Below, piece after piece: positions 1-12,500 of a stretch of 64,000 nt of DNA; positions within the stretch are counted from its first letter, which is position 1, and every line of letters begins with the position of its first letter. The notes below the pieces were generated by a model. It did not search any database, had not been told where the DNA came from, and saw nothing but the letters and a program-made list of their open reading frames with translations. The DNA comes from Geosiphon pyriformis uo1 (lineage: Eukaryota > Fungi > Glomeromycota). Location of the stretch: assembly GCA_016748015.1 (NCBI GenBank), contig JAAOMT010000512.1, forward strand, positions 1,374,893 to 1,438,892. Direction: 5' to 3'. A program made the translations under genes and the position numbers.

Positions 1-394
1 TGAAACAACTGGAACAAATGCTCGTTAAAGAGGAGTTAATGGTAGAAGGGGCTCTGCCTCTTGCAAGTGTCAATGACAATGGTGAAGAGTTTTTACATTT
101 TAAATTACAGAGTAAAGATGGTTCCATTGAAAAACTTAGGGTCAAAAAGGTAAATTAAAGATCTCGATATTCAATAATTTCTTTTCAAACACTTGTATTT
201 TGCTCACAATTTCCATCGTTATTTAGACGACAACAGTGCAAGCCATAATCAATAGGTATCGTGAAATAAAACACATTTCGGAAACAGCATTAGTACGACT
301 AATCTTTGAGGGAGAAAGCTTAGATCCTAGTGATATTCTGGAAAACACAGAGCTAGAGGATGGGGATATGTTATCTGTTAAGGTTGGTCAGTAA
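1..394 (+). CDS. 3' end of a SUMO-like-domain protein (Rad60/Esc2/NIP45 type); exons <1-149 and 227-394
   Basis: Manual translation gives ...FLHFKLQSKDGSIEKLRVKK | intron 150-226 (GTAAAT...TTTAG) | TTTVQAIINRY...VRLIFEGESLDPSDILENTELEDGDMLSVKVGQ*. This is a ubiquitin-like fold with an LxFEG..L.P...LEDGD motif and no terminal di-Gly. Confidence 0.75.
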
Positions 395-964
395 TGCATA
401 AAAGTGATTAGTTTCTAAATTTCATGATCTTCAAGGCTCAGGGTCCTGATTGAAAGGGTTGGTGGTACATGTCATATTGGGATTCATCTTATATTGGATA
501 TAGCAACTATGGTCGATAATCGCGAGATGATCATACTGAACAATAATTTCCCACTTGTACATATATTTTCTCGGGATCGAAAATTTTGTTATTATTTATT
601 GGTTCTTAATGAAATCAAAGGTAAGAATCCTTGTTAAAGATTTTTATTCGCTACAAATATCTCGATGTTTTCATTCCCTGAGCTGTAACTCGGAATAGAT
701 TAGATTTTAATTTGTTCCAAGTCTTCATTTTACAGTTCAATTTTTGAATTAGGGTGAAACAGCTATGTTTTAAAAAGTCAAACAAAACTGTAATTCCAAA
801 AGGATTTCTAATCAACATGAGTGTTCAAAATACATTTGTTTATTCAAGTCCTTGAGTACCTTTCGAATATTCGCCTTTCTAAAAGAATTCTCGTTTAATT
901 TATGATTGAAAATATGCTATGTAACTTGGCAAGCTTGTTTCAATCCTGCCACATTATTGTAAAA

Positions 965-1389
965 TCACCATAAAGACCACCCACCACCACCACCTCCCTG
1001 CTGTGCTTGTTGCTGCTGTTGTACTGATAACTGTTGTTGTTGCGTTTTCTGAGCCAACGCCTCCCCAACCTTGGTGCTCACCTCGAAAAATTTAGCAGTA
1101 CATCGATCAATGCATACGGATTCACCCTTGTTTAAATCAGCCTCGATGTATTTTGGCGGGATACATTTCTTGTAGCATGAGTCAACGATGCTTGAAATTG
1201 CAATATTCAATTTTCCCAGTGGATGATATGATTTAAGATTGTTTGAATCAGAACCAAATGAGATTCTTTTTGATTTTACCGTTGAAAGGTCTCTGTGACC
1301 ATTTCCAGTTCTTGTTCGGCCATTGCTACTGTTTGTGGATTCACCGTCTGTTGTTGCCCGACACTGCCATATGGTAGAAAATGTGTCAT
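965..1389 (-). CDS. TIM10: Mitochondrial intermembrane-space chaperone Tim10; exons 1389-1280 and 1190-965
   Basis: Spliced product MTHFLPYG...[16 protein letters not shown]|[35 protein letters not shown]. It has the twin CX3C motif and the Tim10 signature AExELEM/[12 protein letters not shown]. Intron 1279-1191 is GT...AAG. Confidence 0.93.
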
Positions 1390-2116
1390 TTTTATAGAAG
1401 ATAATAGAAGAAAGGGGATTCTAAGAGGGGGTTTTTGTGACTGTTGTTTTTAAGGATCTATGATCGTCACAGCATAAACCTATTTATCAAATGCTTATTT
1501 GGATATTCTCAATTAATAAATTTGATGCCCTAAATCTTATTATTATTAAAATAATTTTACTTGCCAATAAAGTTCAGAAATTTCAAATCCCAAACATTAT
1601 AACGCCAATTTCCTAAAATTGTGAATTATAAAAAAAGGCACATTTTTTAATAGTAACCAAATTTCTTAAGTAGCTTTTTAAAGAATCAATACAAATGATC
1701 CTCCAGGCCCAAGAAAAATAAAATAACTTTTTGGTTAAAATACTTTGTATTTCACTTAAATAATCCGAGAGAATAATAAATTTACTTAATGTCACGCGGA
1801 CTTGGAAAAAAAATAAAACTATACTGCCTCACTTACGTTGAAAAGCATTGTCTACTTTTTTTATAATTAAATGGGCAATTTTAAATGTGAAGTATGAGAC
1901 AGTGAAACTAATTTGCTTTAGTACAATTAAAGCGAATTTCGCATAATTTTTATTCAAATTAGTAGTGGCAGGAGTCTCGATCCATGTTATCGATGCCATC
2001 ACCTCACAGATATCATGAATTTTATCACCCTCTGATTACTCATCCTCAAGGATGATAAATATCCTTGTAAACTTGCCCTTTTAGCCCATATTTCCAATCA
2101 GAATATTACTTAAGAA

Positions 2117-3363
2117 ATGACAGCTACCTTAATATTTTTCAGCGTAATTTACTATTTCAAGGAAATTTGGCTTTCCTCTTCCTCCTACTACGCCGAAAAT
2201 ATTCACACAATCCCAGATCGTCTAATCATCACCTTTATAAACCTGTTAGCTCTCTTTGCTTACTATTCACCCAGATTTCCAAAATGGCTTGGTGGTGCAT
2301 ATAAAGCTCGATATGATCTCGATAACGTAATTCCTTTTGAACCTACCTTCCAGTTGACACCTACCAATACTCCGTCTAGGATTCCTCAATCTTTTACAGG
2401 AGATATTATGGGTTTCTTAAAAGTTACTGTTGCCGTGATTGTGCCGACGTTGTTAAACACGGAAAAGGATATGAGCCAGTTGAAAAGGTTGTTAGAAAGT
2501 TTAGCATGGCAATCTAGAGTTCCAAATATTGTTATTGTGGTAGATGATGGATCAAAACTAATATATAAAGAGAGCGAAATCAGGCCTGATGGATATGATC
2601 TTTCAATTGAGGTATTAAGATTAAAAATCAATATGGGTCCGGCTGCTGCGAGGAATCGAGGTGTTCGGTAAGTTACACCCATCATGCCATCTCGATTTAT
2701 TCAAGATTTTCTCCAACTGAAAAATTTTTGGATCATTGAAGTCTTGCCACCAAATACAATCCACTGCTGGTAATGTTTACAGACCACGATTGTATTCCAG
2801 AGTCAGACTGGATTCAAGTTGGAATTAACGCCTTTTGTCAGTCCAAGCAAACTTTTGGAAACGAAAACTTTATTCTATCAGGGCAAACACGCTCATACGA
2901 AAACACATGGTTCGATTTTTATCACAATATTTTTGGGACATTAAATGGCCGTTACCTTCCACATGATAATAATTCATTACTATATGGGACCACCTGCAAC
3001 CTAGCGATTCCATTTTGTCTCGCCCTTCGTGTTCCGTTTGAAGAAGATTTTAAGAATGCGGGATTTGAGGACATTGACCTCTGTGTTCGTGCCAGAAAAA
3101 TGGGTGCTAGGACTTGGTTTGTTGTTGACATGAAAGTTATACATGATTTCGGATATTTAGGTCCTCCGAAAGTGGAAAAAGATGATGGTGAGTTAATTAC
3201 TGCCCAGGAAGGAAATTGGGAACAATTTAAGAGGTTTTTTCACAATTTACGCAGGTTTTGGCTGCAATTTTGCCGTTATGGTGAGTGGGAACCTTTAATG
3301 AATGCCAAGCATCCAGAATATATAGATTGGTTCAACGTTTCGAAAGAAATACACTCGATATAG
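2117..3363 (+). CDS. Glycosyltransferase family 2 (GT-A fold) with N-terminal hydrophobic segments; exons 2117-2667 and 2742-3363
   Basis: Two ORFs join in frame through intron 2668-2741 (GTAAGT...AAG). Motifs: VAVIVPT, VIVVDDGS, NMGPAAARNRG, FTDHDC (DxD) and GFEDIDLCVRA. Confidence 0.88.
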
Positions 3364-6300
3364 TCGATGGAAACGGATGAAATAATTGCAAGGGTGATAG
3401 GATCAAATTCACAGAAGCCTTTATTGAACTCTAACTAGACTGGAAAGTTCCAAATTTTTTCAATTAAGTAAATTTGTGACATCTTTATTGAGATAACTAA
3501 TTTCATATTGAAAATTTCTTGAGAAATCAAAACCTTGTTTTAACTTTAAAAGATGAAATGCGAGTTTATAAAAAAGGTGTTATTCATTATATGAATTTGA
3601 ATTTATTTTAAAAGTTTATTTTGACTTCAGGGCAAAATAACAATATTTAATAGCTTAAATATGCAAAATTTGGTTTTATTACTTAATAAAAATTCTTGAG
3701 CAAAACTATGCTAAAATAGAAATTTGAATGCTTAACTGTTTTTTAATTTTTAAATGATATATTTACCAATCTGAATTAACTCATCATTGACCACATGAGC
3801 GTACTGAACATTTGCTTGGTAGCTGGGAAAGCATTGGTTCTCTCGCTTTTCTTTATGTTGGTTTATGTAGCATTCTTTTTCTCCTTAGCACAAAAAATGC
3901 TATCGCTATTACCCCTATGGTCGCCAGAATTATTGGGATTAATCAACACAGTTGGTATTAGACTCGAATTTCTTTCTTCTCTTTTGCTAATTCTTATTTA
4001 GTTTCCGAGTTCTTTGGTTTGATTTACTGATTGGGTCTTTTGCTCTCTTAGCTGCATTATTTACTTTTTGGAAGTCTATGAAGTAATTATTAGAGCAGCT
4101 TTAACCAAATTTTAATCGTTCAAATTAGCATGTTTTATTCAGTCCCCTCTTTCTAGTTTTGATTTGAGAAGCAAAACTTTACCATTAAGAAATTTTTATT
4201 AACCTTTTTTTCATACTCCTGTTTTTTTCTCGTCAAACATGGTCATATCTTTCTTATTACCATAATTAAAATAGTAAAAGTTGTCTTGTTTTTTCATATG
4301 CATTAAGACCTGTTATAAAGATTAACAGTTGTTTTGTACTATTCATTAAAACTGTGTATTGGTTTTAGACAAGTAATATTTTGAATGTATATTTCATAGA
4401 AAAAGAAATTAATACTGAAAATTATAAAGCTTCTAATTTATTAATTTAATAGTTAATTATTTTATTATTATAATGTTAAATCTTATTGATTTTGTAATAT
4501 TTGATTTTTTTACAATTTCAATTACAATTCATTGCGGTTTTGCAATAAAATCAAATAATAGTATTGTGTTTGTTTTGTTTTGATTATTAATATTGTTACA
4601 TATGTTTTTGTCGCTATTTAAAATTTTAATTACATCAAAAACCAACTTAAAATGTTATTTTGGTTTTTGTAATAAGTTTATTTTTATTAAAATATAGCTA
4701 ATTTGCTTTTACACAGTTCTATTTTAAATGTCAAAATATTTTTTATTTACTTATTTATGCAAATTTGTGTTCAATTATAATTATAATGAACTATAAAATT
4801 AACATTACAAAATTAAATATCGTTATTATTATTTTTATTAGAACAATTTTTTTATTTTATTATAATTTTAGCAGTAAATATTTTTTGTTAATACAAAACT
4901 GGTTTTGAAATATTAACTAATGTTTAATATTTTCCATTTATGGATTTGAACTATATATTATATACATATTTTCATGTTTAAAAATATATAAATATGAAAC
5001 TAAGACTGAAAATTAAATAAAAAATAGAAGGATAAAGAATTGTAGGTTATCTATTTAAGTATTCATATTATTACATAAGCGTGATTATACGTATGTTTAC
5101 TATCACTGCTTTTTGATTGCGTTTGATGAGAAAAGCGACCTTGGTGTCGTTCATTTTGCCGAGGCTAAGGAAGATAAAAGAGGCCTTTATACTACACGTT
5201 TTTGCCATAAAAATAACATCATAGACACAAAATATGTGATACGAAACCCAGACAGCAGCTACAACATCATCTGAAATCCGCGCTGCAGGGTTTATAATCT
5301 GGTGAGTCTGGCGATTCTATAGTGGCATTCCCAATGTAGATGAGGAGGTAGTATTTCGATGTTAAAAAATTTTTTTTAAGCTTTTCGCTCTCGGTAACTC
5401 GGTTCTTCCAGAGAAAAACAAATATCAGTTGGAATGAAATCACCGAGGTCCCCATGGCTTTCTCTTCAAAATGTCCTCATTTTGGCCTCATGGTCGATTT
5501 GACGCAAATTAGTTATATTTTATATAGGGATAGATATACGCCACTTCAGATATCAAAGCAGTGTAATCACTTTTTCTTTTCTGGCTTGCAAGATAGTCAT
5601 ATTTATAAATGCTGTTTGTGTAGATATGCCGATTGTCTTGGAGCAACCCAGGTTAAGGGCTAATACTTATTATGATTCACGCAAAGTTGAAAAAAAATTA
5701 ATGTCCTTTTCGTTGAACCGCTGTTCTCGAAATTCTTCTTTAATGCCTTTACTTCATTTGGCAGAACAGAGAATTTTCCACTTCATAGGGATATCAGAAA
5801 GACAGAGTGACGTTAGTTTCCTAAGTACACAGATAGCAAAATTCTCTTGTGAAACAGAGAATAAAACTTACGCTCAAAGGTGGAACCTTCATTGGAGTAT
5901 GAAAAGAAGTCATCGTATGACGAGATGATGTTTTGGGAGGCCAGTTATGTACAGAACCAAGCGAGCGGCGTTCGGCCGATCACCTGAGAATAACCTATTA
6001 ATAATATGCTTGTAAATACTTCAGACTTTGAATTTAGGCACTGTAATTGTGAACAGAATATTAAGTATTAACCCGTGCCCGGAGAAGAACCTCAAACGCA
6101 ACGGGAAAAACGCAAAAGTTGTGCCGGTCTCGGGAAAAGTGAAAACACCCAGTTGGATCATTTGAAATCTCCCATAATCGCTGGAGATGCTACTTACCTT
6201 TGACTTAAAGCGACATCTTCGTCAACGCCGTTGTGAATAATATTGTCCGTTGCATCCCACATTTCGTTTCCAAGTTTCGAAAGATCATGTCTGCTCCCCG

Positions 6301-7155
6301 ATTTATTTCTGTGACAAGGAAATGTCATCATGCACGTTGAAGATGTATATTAAAAAATTTGGTTTCGTAAGTTACCATGTTAAATTTATATATCCAAAAT
6401 CGCCTCGTCGGCTGGCGCTTGTTACCATCTGATTACAATTTATGCAAGCGTTATCTATAATGCATTTTTAATTGAATGCTAGTTAATTTGCATTTGCAGC
6501 TTGTATACCAAGATAATTTTCCTTAACTTTAAGAGAATCTTTTAAATTTTTGGATTAATATAGATGATCGATTAAACCTAAATATTAACATTTATGTAGC
6601 TAATTTAACTTTTATGCAAATAGCATAAATAAATAAATAACATTTCATTTTAGAATTAAAGATTCAACATATCTTTTCAAAGTTCCTATTGGCTTAACAA
6701 TCAATGTTAAAGCATAAATTCGATTATCGGTCATTGACACAGATTCCATAACTTAGATATCTCGAAATTTGCAATATTATAGTTAAACGCTTAAGTTTTT
6801 TATTCGCTTTCCCTTTTAAACCAATTCAGATTTTTAACTATATGCATTTATTTTCAATCATAAGATATTTGCTATGTGAGCTTTATTAAAGACCAAAAAA
6901 AGAAAACTTGGAAATATAGGAAATAAGTAACTTTTATAAAATAGTTCTCTTTATTGTTTTCACGTTACAATTAATGATATCTAAGGATGAAAAAATGATG
7001 TTTCTTTAATTTATATTAGTAGTTTCTATCTTAGAAACATGTTTAGCCTTCGTTTTTTTTCAATAACGGCTTTCTTTATCCTTTTTGTTAAGTGCTTTTA
7101 ACCCAATGGAGAACTCATTTTATATGTTAGCTATATCTCTTCGATATTTTAGAAA

Positions 7156-7564
7156 TTAGAAATTAGTTGGAGAAGAAGTTGTGGTTGTAGTTGTAGTTGT
7201 GGTAATACCCAAGGCTTTTTTGGCTTCGTCCGATAATCCTTCAGGATTAGCAGTTCCATTTTTAATACCAACGGCTTTTCCATGACCTTCTACAATCCCA
7301 TTAGCTTTGACCATACCCACGTTTCTGAGGAGTTGTGCTCGTAGTTTGAGTGGTGTGCTTTTTCCCTTGATTGTGATGATGGTAATGATGATTATGAGAT
7401 TTTTTGTGACCGAGAGCAAGGCCGTTATTAGTATGAGTTTTCTTTTCATGTCCTTTAGCTAAATGAAGACCTGGGTTATTAGCGTTTTCACTTTCAACTG
7501 GTGCTGCAATAGCTAACGAAGCGGTAGCGAGCAAGAAAAGAGCGGAGATAAGGCTGGCCTTCAT
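7156..7564 (-). CDS. Small secreted His/Gly/Thr-rich protein, copy 1 (87-aa ORF; about 135 aa if the +1 frameshift at about 7309 is bypassed)
   Basis: Signal peptide MKASLISALFLLATASLAIA|AP follows an A-rich start context. Internal repeats are NNPGLHLAKGH and NNGLALGH. The overlapping +1 frame ends in a poly-Thr tract with varied synonymous codons. Confidence 0.75.
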
Positions 7565-9172
7565 TTTTTTTTAGCAGAGATAACGGTTAGGTAGGGTATT
7601 ATAAGTGTATTAAAGTTTTAATGAATGTATAAGATTCACCGATCAACGGGATTTTTTCAAAGAGGATTAGAAAGATGGTTAAAGAGGGAAAGAAAATGGG
7701 ATGATGAAATAGATTTACAAAGAGGGTGAATTTATATAAGTATCTGAATAAAAAGATTTGATGTTATGACCTCCATCATTATGAAATGCATTTTTATTAT
7801 GCCGCTATACATCTAATCTAATTCATATAATATGCATTTCATACATAGTTTTTTGACTCTTAACCAGTTAGTTTAAGAATAAAATGGTACAAAAGCCTTT
7901 AACCATATAGATTTTAATGATTATAATTACAAGAGAAATGGATCTATCCGTGCAACAGATTCACAATTTAATTAGAAAACGGTATAAATGCTTCTCTGCC
8001 TCTAATATGAAAAGATTAAATTATAAAAATTCTTTAACACCTGTTATCCTATAATTGGATAACTACACTTGGGAAATATATTTGAAAAATTCAATTTCGA
8101 CTGTAATCATACTACTTTCATTATCGTGCTGGTTGTGGTTATTACGAAAAAAGCTACACAGATAAGCGACTTTATGAAACTTACAATATTAAATGATATT
8201 TATTTTTTATAATCTAATCTTTTTTGCATATTTTTATGTTATTTAAAAGTGCATATTAAACTTTTTATCAAATTTAATAATATCACATCTAACAAAAAAC
8301 AACAATAAACATTAAGATAATTTTTAAAATTAATTTTTGCTTAAAATAATACTAAATTTGTTATTTATTTGGGTTAAAATTTTCGTCTAAACAAATGACA
8401 ATTGAATAATATTATCTTTTTAGAAATTTTAAAATCTGATTAAATTGATTTATTATAAAGTTCTAAATTTTGTATTTACCTATTATCATAAAAAATATAA
8501 TAGTATCATTTATTGGTATTTGATGAATATACTAATTTCTTATTTATATTTACAGTTATTTATAAAATTGCTTATCTGTGTAGCTTTTTTCGTAATAACC
8601 ACAACCAGCACGATAATGAAAGTAGTATGATTACAGTCGAAATTGAATTTTTCAAATATATTTCCCAAGTGTAGTTATCCAATTATAGGATAACAGGTGT
8701 TAAAGAATTTTTATAATTTAATCTTTTCATATTAGAGGCAGAGAAGCATTTATACCGTTTTCTAATTAAATTGTGAATCTGTTGCACGGATAGATCCATT
8801 TCTCTTGTAATTATAATCATTAAAATCTATATGGTTAAAGGCTTTTGTACCATTTTATTCTTAAACTAACTGGTTAAGAGTCAAAAAACTATGTATGAAA
8901 TGCATATTATATGAATTAGATTAGATGTATAGCGGCATAATAAAAATGCATTTCATAATGATGGAGGTCATAACATCAAATCTTTTTATTCAGATACTTA
9001 TATAAATTCACCCTCTTTGTAAATCTATTTCATCATCCCATTTTCTTTCCCTCTTTAACCATCTTTCTAATCCTCTTTGAAAAAATCCCGTTGATCGGTG
9101 AATCTTATACATTCATTAAAACTTTAATACACTTATAATACCCTACCTAACCGTTATCTCTGCTAAAAAAAA

Positions 9173-9581
9173 ATGAAGGCCAGCCTTATCTCCGCTCTTT
9201 TCTTGCTCGCTACCGCTTCGTTAGCTATTGCAGCACCAGTTGAAAGTGAAAACGCTAATAACCCAGGTCTTCATTTAGCTAAAGGACATGAAAAGAAAAC
9301 TCATACTAATAACGGCCTTGCTCTCGGTCACAAAAAATCTCATAATCATCATTACCATCATCACAATCAAGGGAAAAAGCACACCACTCAAACTACGAGC
9401 ACAACTCCTCAGAAACGTGGGTATGGTCAAAGCTAATGGGATTGTAGAAGGTCATGGAAAAGCCGTTGGTATTAAAAATGGAACTGCTAATCCTGAAGGA
9501 TTATCGGACGAAGCCAAAAAAGCCTTGGGTATTACCACAACTACAACTACAACCACAACTTCTTCTCCAACTAATTTCTAA
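9173..9581 (+). CDS. Small secreted His/Gly/Thr-rich protein, copy 2 (identical to copy 1; frameshift at about 9428)
   Basis: Same evidence as copy 1. ORFs 9173-9436 and 9288-9581 overlap in adjacent frames. Confidence 0.75.
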
Positions 9582-12500
9582 TTTCTAAAATATCGAAGAG
9601 ATATAGCTAACATATAAAATGAGTTCTCCATTGGGTTAAAAGCACTTAACAAAAAGGATAAAGAAAGCCGTTATTGAAAAAAAACGAAGGCTAAACATGT
9701 TTCTAAGATAGAAACTACTAATATAAATTAAAGAAACATCATTTTTTCATCCTTAGATATCATTAATTGTAACGTGAAAACAATAAAGAGAACTATTTTA
9801 TAAAAGTTACTTATTTCCTATATTTCCAAGTTTTCTTTTTTTGGTCTTTAATAAAGCTCACATAGCAAATATCTTATGATTGAAAATAAATGCATATAGT
9901 TAAAAATCTGAATTGGTTTAAAAGGGAAAGCGAATAAAAAACTTAAGCGTTTAACTATAATATTGCAAATTTCGAGATATCTAAGTTATGGAATCTGTGT
10001 CAATGACCGATAATCGAATTTATGCTTTAACATTGATTGTTAAGCCAATAGGAACTTTGAAAAGATATGTTGAATCTTTAATTCTAAAATGAAATGTTAT
10101 TTATTTATTTATGCTATTTGCATAAAAGTTAAATTAGCTACATAAATGTTAATATTTAGGTTTAATCGATCATCTATATTAATCCAAAAATTTAAAAGAT
10201 TCTCTAAAGTTAAGGAAAATTATCTTGGTATACAAGCTGCAAATGCAAATTAAACGACATAAACGCCGGGTATAAGCTGTGCCCCTTTAACATTGCAATT
10301 GAAAATCAGGCTTCAAACGAAAGCAGAAATACCAACTAGCATTCAGGTTACAATACCAAGGGCAACGAGGCAACGGCTAACTTTCTCCTAAATAAAGATA
10401 GTTTTTTCGGGGTTATAAACTCAATTATTCTTTTGCTAATAAAAACTTAAACCTTTAATATAGAATTTAAGTTAAATTTTAAATGTCTTCTTTTGTCTAT
10501 TAGCATTTAATTTTAACTCATCTTTTAAAAAAGACTCTAATTTATTTCATGCAAAAAGATTCTCAACTTATGGGTCTTGGATAAAATTCAGGTTAGATTT
10601 AAATTGAACTTGAAAAGTTATAATTAATTACTTCAAATAACTTTTTTCAAATACCATTAAATAAATTGAGTTTTTTATTGAAGATTTTGAATATTTATAT
10701 TTCAGATTTTATCTTATTGACAAGATTTTCTATTTAATGATTATTTTATAAAAAAATGTAATAAACAGATAGAACAATTAGATTCTTTTCTCAAATACAA
10801 AAAAATACTCAAAATTTATTTAAACAACATATTTAACTAAAATCGCAAAATCAAAATATTAAAGCAGACTTTCCACCAATAAATTAGACACACTTTAAAA
10901 CAATATTAATTACACCTTCTCCTAATTATATTAATCTCAAAATTTTTAGTTATATCATTAATATTTTTCTAATTGTTTATTTTTTGATTATTTATTGCCT
11001 TTCAGTTAATCATTTTTTAAATTAGTATTATATCTTCTTATTTAAATTATAGATTACATAAATTATCAATAATACGATTCTCAGTGTAAATTCTGATAAT
11101 TTATCTACTTTGTAATAGTTATTAACCTAATAATTAATTTTTAACAAAAAATTTGTATTAAAATTAATTACCCATTTTTTAATTGTGTTATTGTGTTTTT
11201 AAAAAATTAATTAATGTAATTAATAAATTAATGTTGAAACTTAATATTTAATAAAGATAAATAATGTTGGCACCGTTTTTGGTGCGAGTTTTCTAGATAT
11301 GGTAGCCAATAGGAAATTCGTCAGGTAGTTTTGATCGGCACGGGTGGCTGGTCACGGAAATAATTAATATGCATTTTTATATCAATGTAAAAAACAAAAA
11401 TGTAAATTTTTCCATTTTTAATTAAAGCTTTACATATTTTTAAAGCTGAAATTGATATTTAATTAAATTAACTAAATTCAAAAAACATTAAATAATAAAT
11501 GTTTAAAACAAAAAATGAGTTTTTAAATATTAAATATGCAATTTGAGTATAATTAAATTTTAATAATTAGAAATTGTTTCTGAAAAATTTAATACCATAA
11601 ATTCTATACTTTAAATATTTTGAATTAAAATCAACATATTACAAAATTTAATAAGTTGAAAATTTCAAAAAATTCAATAACAGTATACAAATATTACATT
11701 TAAAAAATAATTAACATAAATATTATAAAATACTTATAAAATAAAATTATATATTGAGAAAAATAATATTTTATTATTTAAAATTTTATTTTCAACACAA
11801 TTTTTAATTAAATATATTTTTGAGCTATTATTATTTAAAGAAAAATTTTAAATATGCAACTAATACACACATAATAATAATACTTATCAATTAAAAATGC
11901 AAAACATTCGAAGATTTTGTATTAAATAGTTTAAAAACAATAACATAATAAATTAAATTAGTTTTAAATTTTGATTTTAGTAAATGAAATAAAAAATATA
12001 TAATATATAATATATAAATTTAAATAATAAAACTTTAAATTTAATAACTTAAAATATTTATTTATGCTTTGTTAAGTATAATTGAACTATTATTTACTAA
12101 AATTACTAATAATATGCATAAATTTAGTACTATTATAAATTGAAATTTGAACCAAAAATTAACATAAAATTTTAATATTAATTAGTTAATTATTGCTTAT
12201 TCAAATTGTTTATAATATTTATTTTATTAATAATTTGATTTATATAATATATCAATGTAATTAATTTTATAATTAGATTATTTATTAAACCAAATATATA
12301 TATATTAAAAATATTTAATAGTTTTTTAAAATTTACATTAATTTGCTAAATTTTTCACAAAGTAATAGAATTCAAAATTTTATTATTTAAAAATATATTA
12401 AAAATTATTTTTTTCAAAAATCTATTTTATTATATTATAAACTTTAAAATTAATTAAATATTAACTTTACAAATATTAATTAATTTACAATATGTTAGAT

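Larger units (their letters stand above)
6483..10253. repeat. Long inverted repeat: arms 6483-8167 and 8570-10253, with a 402-bp AT-rich spacer
   Basis: The arms are reverse complements wherever compared. The only difference noticed is a 1-nt indel near the outer end (TTTAAGAGA vs TCTCTAAAG). The ORF track gives identical proteins on both strands. Confidence 0.96.

Noticed and set aside
1613-2685. ORFs 1613-1795 and antisense 2386-2685
   Set aside because: One lies in the AT-rich divergent promoter region and the other is an antisense shadow of the GT2 exon.
3760-4080. Minus-strand fragment IPIILATIGVIAIAFFVLRRKR (TM helix plus basic tail), possibly from an endobacterial gene
   Set aside because: Too short and interrupted to assign; no supporting domain.
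5200-6432. Short ORFs in a moderately GC-rich region
   Set aside because: No recognisable motifs and no consistent exon structure could be built.
6483-10253. Inverted repeat as a foldback/Mutator-type DNA transposon
   Set aside because: No TSD or transposase was found, the arms contain a host-like gene with its flanks, and the outer ends are ragged.
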